From: an uncultured Verrucomicrobiae bacterium
GTDB lineage: Bacteria > Verrucomicrobiota > Verrucomicrobiia > Limisphaerales > Palsa-1400
DNA: 64,000 bases
Assembly (NCBI GenBank): GCA_963764165.1
Contig: CAVXRD010000002.1
Span: 1,792,001-1,856,000, forward strand
Direction of reading: 5' to 3'
In this document: in pieces, positions 48,522 through 59,392 of the stretch
Numbering within the stretch: position 1 is the stretch's first letter
Layout: each line of letters begins with the position of its first letter
Made by a program: the position numbers and the translations under genes
Notes under the pieces: generated by a model
Database searches by the model: none
Told to the model about the DNA's origin: nothing
What the model saw: the letters and a program-made list of their open reading frames with translations, nothing else

Positions 48522-48605
48522 TGGTGCGCGAGAGAGGACTTGAACCTCCACCCCTTGCGGGACCAGATCCTAAGTCTGGCGTGTCTGCCATTTCACCACT
48601 CGCGC
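48522..48605 (-). tRNA. tRNA-Leu (anticodon TAG)
   Basis: GCGCGAG acceptor stem, CCAGA-CTTAGGA-TCTGG anticodon arm, variable arm, GGTTCAAGTCC T-arm, encoded CCA. Confidence 0.97.
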
Positions 48606-48729
48606 GTTTTGGCCCCGCAAGATACCAGAAAGACATGAATGGCCGCAAGCGGTCGATTTGCGGGGTAGTGCCTTAATAAGGCACCTGGAGTTTGGCTCCC
48701 CGCTAGTTATGTGACTAGTTTGAAGCATT

Positions 48730-48912
48730 ATGGGTTATCCAACTAAAGTTCAGATCATTCAGGGCAAGGAAAGCCAGCAGTGGTACATCAACTTTCCCGC
48801 TGCCATCGCCCAAGGCGTGGATTTTGCCAAGGGCAAAGACGCGCAATGTACCATCGCCGACAAATGCCACCTCATCCTCTCCCGCGTCCAGGTGCCCCCC
48901 CAATCCCATTGA
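48730..48912 (+). CDS. Small IS-associated ORF (AbrB-like)
   Basis: 'MGYPTKVQII....QQWYINFPAAIAQ..DF.KG' immediately upstream of the transposase remnant. Confidence 0.55.
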   Translation: MGYPTKVQIIQGKESQQWYINFPAAIAQGVDFAKGKDAQCTIADKCHLILSRVQVPPQSH

Positions 48913-49250
48913 TCTAAAAAACGCTTCCCTCCTGGAGGAAGTCGAATTTGTGATCGACCAAATGCGCCCCCGCCTTCGCCTCGCCGGAGCCTGGGCCAGG
49001 GGACGGCGCCATTGCTTTTCCCATTTGGTCGGCTTTGGCCGGCATACCGTCACCGGCCTCTTGCGCCAGTCAGAACCGCACCAAGCGGGACTGGTCGGCC
49101 GACAACCGCTTTTACGCCCAGGACCGCCTCAAGGTGGAGAAGATATTCGGCCAGATGCGGGCCGAAATCGAAAAGTGCGGCGGAGCCGAGCAGCCGCTGG
49201 TGGTGGCGATGGATGACTCGCTCCTCCGCAAAACCTGCCGCCGCATTTCG
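48909..49250 (+). pseudogene. Truncated, frameshifted DDE transposase (IS701/IS4-like)
   Basis: 'GRHTVTGLL' then a shift to 'Q..DWSADNRFY...PLVVAMDDSLLRKT.RRI' (first catalytic Asp region); ends at a family-B repeat arm. Confidence 0.7.
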
Positions 49251-49301
49251 CGCTGCGGCTGGTTCTCTGTCGCTTCGCTCCGTCGAACACAGCCACGCTC
49301 C
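49251..49301. repeat. Single family-B arm at the transposase breakpoint
   Basis: GCTGCGGCTGGTTCTCTGTCGCTTCGCTCCGTCGAACACAGCCACGCTCC matches 21665-21714. Confidence 0.8.
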
Positions 49302-49406
49302 GTATCTTTGCCTGGCGCACTCACTTCTAATCGCATCCATTGCGGACACTGCGTCCCGAAAACGATTGCGCATCGCAGTGATTTTGACCACATTAGCGTC
49401 GCGGTT

Positions 49407-49445
49407 GGAGAGATGGCAGAGTGGTTTAACGCGCACGCCTGGAAA
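49407..49445 (+). pseudogene. 5' half of tRNA-Ser(GGA), ending at the anticodon loop
   Basis: GGAGAGATGGCAGAGTGGTTTAACGCGCACGC-CTGGAAA; the expected GCGTG, T-arm and acceptor 3' strand are absent. Confidence 0.8.
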
Positions 49446-49714
49446 ATGTAAAATGGGTTTTACCCCATTTGCCCTCAAACGGAACCACTGGGATTTACGA
49501 GGGAGATTGCCAATTCTCTCAGTTGCGGTCGCATCCCCATTTGACCCCAAAAAGACGCAATATCAGGCAAACAGTATCAGATTGCAGTATCAGATTTGGC
49601 CTATGCAGAATTGTGTGCATTTCATGGACCCGGGTCTGGTTTCCACGTTTGGCCTCGCCGGTTTCGATCAATCCAAAACGTGTTTCTTCTTTCGCGTGTG
49701 TTAATCTCGGGTTG

Positions 49715-50389
49715 GTGATTAATCGGACGTCATCGCTGCCAGTCGAGTTGGGAAAGGACTCCGCATTTCCTGACCCAAGAAAGGCTGATGCGCGAGGTTT
49801 GGTAGCCGTGGGTGGAGATCTGACATTGGATCGCTTGCTCACGGCTTATCGACAGAGCATCTTCCCTTGGACCGTTAATCCGATAACTTGGTGGTCGCCA
49901 GACCCGAGAGGCATAATCGAATTGGATTCCGTGCATGTGCCGAAGAGCCTGGCCAAACTCATTCGTAAGCAAACCTTTGAAGTCACGATTGACCAGGCAT
50001 TCCCCGCCGTGATGAAAGATTGCGCAACGTTAACCCCGAAGCGGACCAAATCTTGGATCACTCCAGAATTCTTGAAGGCGTATACTCAACTGCATCACGA
50101 AGGTCATGCCCACAGCGTCGAATGCTGGAGGAGGGGAGAACTTGTTGGCGGTGTTTATGGAGTGAGCGTCGGTGGCCTGTTTGCTGGAGAATCCATGTTT
50201 CACCGCGTGAACAATTCATCGAAGGTTGTGCTTCTTCATCTGGTTGAGCATCTCCGATCCCGCCAATTCTCGCTCTTCGACATTCAAATGGTGACGCCAG
50301 TGACCCTGCAAGTTGGAGCGAATGACATTTCACGCAGTGAGTATTTGAAACGGTTGGAAGTGGCGGTGGGACAGAATTGTTCATTTTGA
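49715..50389 (+). CDS. aat: Leucyl/phenylalanyl-tRNA-protein transferase
   Basis: 'FPDP', 'GLVAVGGDL..RLL.AY', 'IFPW', 'WWSPDPR', 'SWIT', 'AHSVECW', 'LVGGVYGV', 'FAGESMF'. Confidence 0.93.
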   Translation: MINRTSSLPVELGKDSAFPDPRKADARGLVAVGGDLTLDRLLTAYRQSIFPWTVNPITWWSPDPRGIIELDSVHVPKSLAKLIRKQTFEVTIDQAFPAVMKDCATLTPKRTKSWITPEFLKAYTQLHHEGHAHSVECWRRGELVGGVYGVSVGGLFAGESMFHRVNNSSKVVLLHLVEHLRSRQFSLFDIQMVTPVTLQVGANDISRSEYLKRLEVAVGQNCSF

Positions 50390-50433
50390 GGTTGGTTCAA
50401 TTGACTCTTGCCATCATGGCCTAGCGATATTTC

Positions 50434-51024
50434 TCACGCTCTCCATCGTTCCGCTCCTCTTTGAATCGCGGTCACCTCCACTGCCTCGGCCAAGTGCTGA
50501 AACGCAAAATTCTGCCGATTGCCAGGCTCCGTCCTCTTTCCAGTGAAGCCCATCAACTCATGATCGAACCGGCGCTCATATCGCTGCCGAACTCGCTCCC
50601 AGTAAAAAACAATCGCGTCCTTCCGTTGAAATAAAAACCCACGCTCCGGCAGTCGGTCACTCTTTTTTCCGTTCACTTGAAGATCGCACGGAAGCAGATT
50701 CCATAGATCGTTGCAGTGCCAGAGTGTGAACGGGATTACATGGTCCACAGCGTAAACAGGCTTCAGTGCTTTGTCCGACCAAACACACCGCTTCTCAACC
50801 AACCCGTCAAACACATCCTTCGCTGCGCCCACACTCCGTTGTTCAGTTGGTTTCACGACCAGCAGATTGAGCGCTTCAGCTACTGTAACGCGCTCTCCAG
50901 ACATTCGATTTGTCTCCTCAGCCCACCTCAATACCACCGAAGGTTCAATCCAATGTCCGAGATGGCAAAACTCACGCCAAGCTCCTGCATCCACCACCAC
51001 TTTCCCTTTATCATATCGAAACAT
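50434..51024 (-). pseudogene. C-terminal fragment of an HNH endonuclease protein
   Basis: 'RCVWS...YAVDHVIPF.LW..NDLWNLLP....VN.KKSDRLP'; abuts a plus-strand gene fragment with no promoter space. Confidence 0.7.
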
Positions 51025-54000
51025 TTTGCCGGAGCCACAAACGGCACCTACACTGTCGCAGACGTCCAGAGCAACATCAATACGGGCAACTATGTGGTTG
51101 TTATTTCGAATGCCTTTGACGTTCTAACCAGCGCGGTCGCAACCTTATCGGATATTCATGTGGCGCCTTCCTTCGTTTACGTTCCTATTTCTCAGTCAGT
51201 TGTGGAAGGCGACATGGTGGCCTTCAGTGCGAAGGCAATCGGAACCGAGCCGATTGCCTATCAGTGGCAGGTCTGGAGCAACGGGTCGCTGGTTGATCTT
51301 CCTGGCCAAACAAACTCACAATGGGTGGATGCCAATATGCAATACGGGGATGGCGGCACATATGCCATTGTTGCGTCAAATGCATCCGGCGAGACGCAGT
51401 ACACTAATGCCGTTTTAACTGACGTGAGCTGCGATGGTGACGAAAGCTGCCCCAACAATGGGGCCGTCATGCCAGTATTCGGCCCCCGTCAAGATTACAC
51501 ATTTCAAGCTAATATAACCTATTACATTTTTTCAGGCACGCCATTTATAACTGGAGACTTTTATTTACCTGTTTCCACTAACAACGTTGTCGATTTGTAT
51601 GGAACAACTACGATTCAGGGCGGGGCGGTAATAAAGTTTGATTATGACGAATGGTCACAGGAAACAAACGCGATTTCCAGTATCGCCTCACTCGTGCTAC
51701 ACGGGCCTTTGGTCTGCGACACAGATCCTTACAAGCCCGCTATTTTAACGTCGATTGATGACGATTCTCAAGGTATGCAAGCTTGGGTTTGGTGGTTCGG
51801 CTATTATGACGTCAGTTCCGGTTCTCCTGCAACAGCCGCCAACGGTTGTGCCTACCTTAACTTGGACGACGTCCACGACACCAATGGCACATCTCTAAAT
51901 TATCTTAGATTTTGCTATGCGGACCAGGCGGTTACCACTCCGACCAACTCTGGCATTCTCGATATTTGGAATTGCCAGTTCGTGATGTGCAATCGGGCGC
52001 TTAATAGTTGGGCTAAGAACAGCCCCACCACCAATCGACTGCACAATGCTTTATTTAGTCATTGCGGGTACGCGATTGGATGCCAAACGAACCTTTCCGA
52101 AGTAGATGGGGAGCAAGTGACTGCAGACGTCTCTTCATTTTGGGATCCGGGACCTGCAGCCTGGAAGAGTCTTTCTCACAAACTCTATTGTAATAGGCGA
52201 TTTTGGTGGTGGACCGACTATTTCCAACTCGTGTGTCACTATTAATCCCGCAAACACACCTTTCCAGGCTGGGGACGACGCATTTTACTACCTGGCTGGC
52301 AGCAGCACTTGCCGCAGCAACGGAACAACCAACATAAGCACTTCGATGCGCCGTCAGTTAGCTCAAAAGACAACTCAAGCGCCTGTTTCGTTATCAGGTT
52401 CCACAAGTGTCACGAACGAATTCATTGATGGGTATTACAGCTACACCCAGACAGGGCTTGGCATTCAGGAAATGACGCTGTCACCGACGGTACAGAGATA
52501 TGCCGGTGGGGAGAGCGTCCCAGACCGGGGCTATTATTACGACCCCATAGACTATAGCGTCGCAGCTATAATTGTAACGAATGGAATTACCATTCTACCC
52601 GGAACGGTCGTCGCATTCAGGAACGATTTCCTTGCAGGTTTTTTTCTGCAGAACGGATCGTCGTTCAGGGCCAGAGGGGTGCCGACAAATCCGGTGATTT
52701 TCACCGACATCCAATTTGTTCAAGAAGGCCCTTTGCAGCCTGGTCTTGTATTGCAATGGCGTCCTCCTCAGTCGCATCCTTGGATCGATTTGGACATGTA
52801 CACATACGGCGGCATCGACTTTATTTGCCCTCAAGCCGGAGTGGCCACGACAAACATCGCTCCAACACTGGACCTTGAATTTTGCAATTTCTACATGACT
52901 ACAGAGGATCAGGCGATTTGGGGAGGGACGTTTGCAGGTTATCCAGGGCTGGGCTATTCATTTGCGTGTTCGGTTTATCTTACCATGCAAAACTGCGATC
53001 TGATGGGGGGCGGCATCTGTCTTGGGCCGCCGCTAGAATGCTGCGAATATCCCAACTGGATTTACCCATCGGGATCCGTAGTATGGAGAAATAACGCATT
53101 TGAGTCAGTCGAAATTGCGCTGTCCCCTTCTTTTACCACGACCGATGGCAGCGGGAATGATGGCACAGTCAACGTTGATCTTTCGTTTTACGCTGGAAAC
53201 AATCTGTTCAAAGGGGGACAAATTGGGATGACTCCAGTTATGACATCTTCAGGCAATTGGATCTTTAATAACAACCTATTCGATCAGGTTGAGATTAGCC
53301 AGTATGCCGCTGATCTCAACGCACAATATAACGGATATTGGCTGGCTCCGGATGGATCGCAGTTGACAAATAGCGACAGCAGCACGCTTACTGATCAATT
53401 TCTGACGGGTTCCCCTCCCTACGAAGCGGGACCCTTCGGAAAATATTACACGGCTCCGAACTCTAGGCTGTCTGGCGCCGGAAGCACAAACGCAAATCTG
53501 TTGGGGCAGTACTTCTATACAACAAAGACTAGCCAAGTCTTGGCGGCGGCATCGAACGCCGATATTGGTTTATATTACGTGGCAGCGGCCACTAACAACT
53601 CCGGCATTTGGGTTCCACTTGTCACAAATGGAATGCCCTGTTTTTTGGCCGATGTCGACGGCAATGGGATAATTCCTAGCAGCGATCCCAACAATGCCGT
53701 TTACGCAAACGTAGATTTTGACGGCGACGGTATGGTGGGCATTATTGAGTCAAACTTACTTAAGAATCCTCTCGCCGCTGACAACCCTCTGGCTTTAACA
53801 AACGTCTCCTTTAGCTCCGATAGTGCCACATTCGTAGTGGGCGTTAGCAGCACCCTAATCTCAGGTTTGGGAAAGGTCGTTTTGATGGTTGATGGGAATC
53901 CCGCCGCTACGAACCAATCCGGGAGTGGATCGGCGCAACTGGTCTGGAATACCACCGGGTATGCGGTTGGGAAAACTCACTATCTTCAAGCTCATTTAAT

Positions 54001-57000
54001 TCTGACGGGTTCAACCAATTTCGCCGATGGACCACTTCTCGCATTCAATATCCCAAGCGTCACCGTCCAACCGCCTAGCCAAACCAACGGAATAGGCGGC
54101 ACATCTGTCTTTACTGCATCCAGTCTGGGCTCTGGACCATACACATATCAGTGGTTTGACGGCACGACAAACATAAACGGTGCGACCAACAGCACCCTCA
54201 CGATCAATGATCTTTCAGTGGCAAGCAGCGGCACTTATACACTTTATGTTACGAATGCTCAAGGTGATTTTGTTGGCAGCTCCAGCGCGACCCTGGTGGT
54301 TTCCAACATATATATCGGAATCACGACTCAGCCAATGAGCCAGTCTATTTTCGAGCCGGACTCTGTGACATTTGCGGTGACGGCTTTGGGGACAAATTTG
54401 ACTTATCAATGGGGGCAAGTGGGCGGCGATGGAACATTCAGCCCTATTTCAGGCGCGACAGGGAGCAATTATACCGTATCCACAATGAACCCGCCGAATG
54501 TGACGGGTCCTTTTGAGGTTTTGATATCGAGTGTTACCACGGTGGGCACAAACAGTGTGACAAACTGTCTGTTTAGTTCCACTGCTACTCTGACTGACTT
54601 TGGTAATGTAGCGCAGGACTGGCCGGTTTTGCCCGTGGTGGGACCCCGCCAGAATTATACATTCCAAAGTGGCACGACTTATTTGGTGGGCTTTCCATTG
54701 GCCTCCGGCGTGGTGGACTTATACGGGGATACGGTCATCCAAGGCGGTACTGTTATTAAGTTCGACTATGACTTGGAAACCAATGATGCCACTCTGGTCC
54801 TTCACGGGAACCTGAATTGCACCGCCGGGGCCTATCGCCCGGCTATGCTGACCTCGATGGACGATGATTCCGAAGGCGAGGCGATGGGAAATCAGGCCAT
54901 TGAGGAGATAGCTGGCATCACGCCCGCCCCGGGTTACTGGTCTGATGGCCAGCCGCGTCCTGCCCGTCTGGGAACGACTTATTTAAACCTTGACGATGTC
55001 CAAAATGCGCTTTCGATCACCAATCTGCGCGTTTCTTACGCCGACAACGCGATCACCGTTCCAACGAATTCCGGCTCACTCCAACTTTGGAATTCGCAAT
55101 TTTACGCATGCAACACCGGAATCAACGGGGCGCCGTGCGCAGCAACCACGAATGGCCTGCACAATGTTCTGTTTGCCGATTGCTATTTGGCTGTCACCCT
55201 GCGCAGCGCGTATTCCGAGGTGGATGCGGAGCAGGTTACGGCTAATGTGGGTTCTTTTTGCGATCCGGAATATCCTCTTTCTCGGCTTGGAGTGACCAAC
55301 TCGATTATTCTCGGTGAAATTGGAGCAAGTTCTGAAGACGTTCTGGTGGATGTTGTCACGCCAAGCGGATGGCCATTTCAATCAGTCAATGACGGAAATT
55401 ATTACCTCCCGGCTGGCAGCCCATATCACAATGCGGGATCGACAAGCATCAGCCTCGGAATGCAGGCAGAGCTTCCAAAAAAGACCACTTATGCGCCTAT
55501 CTCATTTCCCTCCGGGATGGCGATCTCGGGACAAATGACGCTATTTCCACAGATTACACGCTGCACGAATACCGCTCCCGACTTGGGATTTTGCTATGAC
55601 GCGTTGGACTATACCATAGGGGATATGTATTTGTCCGGCGGCACCGTGACCGTGCTTCGCGGCACCGCGATTGGATTCCGCAACGACTTTTTTGGATGTA
55701 TTGGGCTGGCCAACAATTCCTTGTTCACCGGGCAGGGAACGCCAACACAGCCAATCATTTTTGCCGATAACTCGCTGGTGCAAGAAGGACCGTTTGCGCC
55801 AGGCCTTGTTTACAATCAATGGTGGGGTGAGAGCTGGATAAGCTACGGCTTTGTGGCTAGCCCTTACGGAGGCCAGGCGTTCTTCATGCCGGCGGCGGCA
55901 ATAAATGACACAAACGACGTCGCGCCGCAGCTCAATCTTCGCTTTTGCGATTTTTACATGACGGCGGATAATTTCGCCGTGGAAGCAGGGGTCGCCTTGG
56001 GATCCGAGGGATATCCCCTTCTTGGCTCAGACGGAGCCCCGCTGTCTCCTTCCAGTTCGGTGGTTTTGAACCTGCAAGATTGCAGCCTTTATGGTGGGCA
56101 AATCGTCCTGGGAACTCCCTTCTTGGAGAGCACATATGAGAGCGACACCAATCCGCCCGGGTCTGTTTCCTGGGTTAACGACCTTTTTCAGGGCACCTTC
56201 ATTGTGCTGGCCCCTGGCGCTGGGGGTAACGGGCCGTATGTGGACCTTTCATTTCAGGCGTATAACAACCTGTTTAAGGGAGGAGTCTTGGATTTGCAAA
56301 CAATAACGAGCTCTCAAGGCCCCTGGGTGATGAATGATAATCTGTTCGACGGAATGGTCCTTCGTCAAGATTCGGGAACGTTCAGTCACGATTGCAATGG
56401 CTACTGGACAAATGATGTGCCCTTCAATATGTTTATGTGGATGTTTGGCGGACCTGAATATGAGTTTTTCTCGTTCCCATCCGACGAGGTGTTGGTGACG
56501 AACGCCCTCCCGTATCAGATTGGCGCTCTTGGCAACTATTATCTGCCGACGAACACGCAGCTTTACCAGAAAGGGAGTCGAACAAATGGGGCCGCTGGAC
56601 TTTGTCAGTATACGACAACGACAAATCAAACAAAATATCTTGGAGCGCAGATGGTGGATATTGGATTGCACTACGTTGCCGCCTCAAACAGTGCCGCTGG
56701 TTGGGTGCCTCTCGATACAGATGGCGATGGAATTCCTGACTATGTAGAGGATGCGATGGGAAATAACGCCACAGGCAGTACCGCCTTGTCGCTTAACGAA
56801 ACTGATTGGACAAACCCGATGAGTGACGGTGTAAACCACGATTCAAGCAACGCAGTTTATATGAATATTGACCTTGATGGTGATGGACTGGCGGGCGGAA
56901 TGGAATTGGCCCTAGAATGCAATCCTCTTATTGCGGGCAATCCGCTTAATTTGGCGCAAATTATTACCGGCCAAGAGCCGGACATAGTAACTTTTAAGGT

Positions 57001-58483
57001 ATTTACAAACTACACCTTCTTAACCAACCTCGGTAGTATTGAGCTTTGGATGGATGGTGGTCCGGGTCCGTTAGTACAAATGCCTCCGCAATCTGGTGAG
57101 GGCGGAGAGGCGATAATTTCGTGGAACACTACCTTTGATGCACCGGGACAACACTTTTTGCAAGCCAGGCTCAACTGCACCTCAATAGATCTTAGCTTAA
57201 CACCTCGACCTATTACAGTGGCGGCTGGCCCAATTTTAGTTTTTGATTCCAGCAACGCAATTCAGTTTGATCCCTATTACTGCGACTTTAGCGGGAACGG
57301 TGCAACGCTTTTTGCTCAAGCCGCGGTTGGCACGCAGTACTCGATTCAACTGGTGAGCCCAGGCGGTGAGTATGTATACAGCACATCTGGAACAGTAACG
57401 GAAGAACCTTCCATCAATAAATTTTGGGGTGCCACCAATGCCGACGGAAGTGCTTACACGAATGATTGGGTGCTCGCGATGTTCTCGATCATGCCACCAG
57501 GAGCATCCAGTTCTGAGGCGCATCCACTCGTGCTTTTCGGGAATGGACTAGGGTTAAATGATGGCGATTTTACGGTTGCCTATTCATGGAACACCATGAG
57601 CGGAATTGGCGGCATTTTGGATCAATGTATTGGTCTCGGGGCCGTGAATACATTAATGACACCTGATAGTGCTGGTGCTCCCAATCCTAATTGCTACAAC
57701 TCGACGTTCAATCTTTATGGCGATCCGATCTTCTTTTCCGGGGGAGATGCAGGATATATCTCGGACGCAAATGACATTAACAACCTGCTTCAAAATCTTT
57801 CAACCACAGTTGATTATAGGAGTGGCGTTTCCCAAACGAGAGATTTTTACTGGTACGGAGAAGGGTCTGAGTCGGCTATAAATATTCAGGTGAATAAAGC
57901 TTCTATAACCGCCAATCAAGTGCGGTTGGCTTTATCGAATTATCCTAGCGTTTACGTTCCCGGTCCTATTGGTATATTTCCGCCATTTCCTCAGGGCCCT
58001 GGTACGTGGACAACACCCATCACAGTGCATCCGTACCGTTTTGTATTTTTAGACTGCTGCTACGCGGGTGCTGACAGTTGTTGGGCGCAAGCATTTGGTA
58101 TATTCGGACACTCTAGCTTTGCGGATGTTTCTGGAAATCCAGAAAGAGCTTGCGCATTTTTAGGCTGGAATGGCGAAGTGGCAAATGTATATGGCAGTGA
58201 TGAATGTCAAGAGTATTCATATACCTTGTCGCTTTTCTTCGAATTGTGGCAAGGCGGCTCATCCCTGGATGAGTGTGTACAAGCATGCTCCAGGAGGGGC
58301 AGTCCGGGTCCTCCGTTGGATCCCTATAACCAGATCAACATAACATTCCCGCTAGGGCTGCCAAAGAGTAGTTTTGCTCTACCTCCGACAAGACCGGGTG
58401 CCGCGCCCAATCCTTTGCCCGGTGCATACATTAGCTATTATGGATACCCTGGGCTTACTCGTCTTGGCTTTGCTCCCGAATGA
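51025..58483 (+). pseudogene. Giant surface protein (Ig + duplicated ~1000-aa unit + caspase-like C-terminus); 5'-truncated, with a +1 frameshift near 52150
   Basis: ORFs 50716-52245 and 52346-58483 join by similarity to the second repeat unit. Ig motifs 'YQW...GATN...G.Y', duplicated 'PVxGPRQxYTFQ...VDLYGxTxIQGG.VIKFDYD', DxDGDG loops, 'FVFLDCCYAG'. Confidence 0.8.
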
Positions 58484-59319
58484 GAGGACCGTGTTATATG
58501 AATGATTTCTGCTACAGGGATAGAGGGTTGCTTCGGTTCATTATAAGTTTTGTGCTATTGCCTTTGGTCTTTGATTGCCGTGGAAGTGAGCAGGAACTTT
58601 TAAGTACTAACGCGACGGGTGTTTCGGTTTTATCTAGCTTCGACTGGAGATTCAAAACTCGTGCCTATGAAAAGGAGGCATTGAGTGTGATGATTGGAGA
58701 GGTGAACGATGTTGCGCGACGGCTTAAACTGAATGAGAATCTTCCGCTTACTACTAATGACATTACAAGCGTTCATATAAGCCCCCCTGCTTTAGGGATG
58801 ATGTTTGCTACTATTTCTAGCAGAAATTACATCTACTATGCGAGCGCTGGGAAGAAGTTTTCCGGGTTAGGTATGATAGAGTTAAGTAAGAACTTTGTTG
58901 AGGCGAAGGCTAAATATCGTATGCCGATTGGTGGTTTGGACACTAATAATGCATTTCAATTGGGACGGCAGATCATGGAAGAGGCGGGCATGGATGTTGA
59001 TGGATTGGGGCGAGACTGCACAGTGGAGATTACACCTTCTTTTCCAGACGGACGTAACGGAAAATACTTTGTGCCAATTTATATGATAAGTTGGCGCAAA
59101 GCGGGGAAGATTGCGGCATATGTTGACGTTTTAGTTCCGACGAGTTCAGTCCGTCAGCTTTCGGTTCGGGATCCGGCATACATTCTTAGGAAGCCTTTAA
59201 CAACTACCAATTTGTTAGAAACAATGATTGAAGGCGGCGCATCGCCTGCTCTTTTGGAGAGAATGGGCCTAAAAGCAACAAATTTGCTAGTAGATCCGAA
59301 ATCGAACGGCATAAAGTAA
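58480..59319 (+). CDS. Hypothetical exported protein coupled to the giant gene
   Basis: ATGA overlap at 58480-58483 (or ATG 58498); N-terminal hydrophobic segment; AT-rich. Confidence 0.65.
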   Translation: MRGPCYMNDFCYRDRGLLRFIISFVLLPLVFDCRGSEQELLSTNATGVSVLSSFDWRFKTRAYEKEALSVMIGEVNDVARRLKLNENLPLTTNDITSVHISPPALGMMFATISSRNYIYYASAGKKFSGLGMIELSKNFVEAKAKYRMPIGGLDTNNAFQLGRQIMEEAGMDVDGLGRDCTVEITPSFPDGRNGKYFVPIYMISWRKAGKIAAYVDVLVPTSSVRQLSVRDPAYILRKPLTTTNLLETMIEGGASPALLERMGLKATNLLVDPKSNGIK

Positions 59320-59392
59320 TTTTAAACGAGCCAATTGAGACAAAACGGACTCTCAGGACTCGTTTTCGAGATCTCCTGCCACAGTGCCCTCA

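Noticed and set aside
48444..48551. N-terminal extension of the mutarotase ORF
   Set aside because: Runs into tRNA-Leu; ATG 48443 is the plausible start
49446..49714. Group I intron interrupting tRNA-Ser
   Set aside because: No group I core elements or nearby 3' exon seen; aat follows directly
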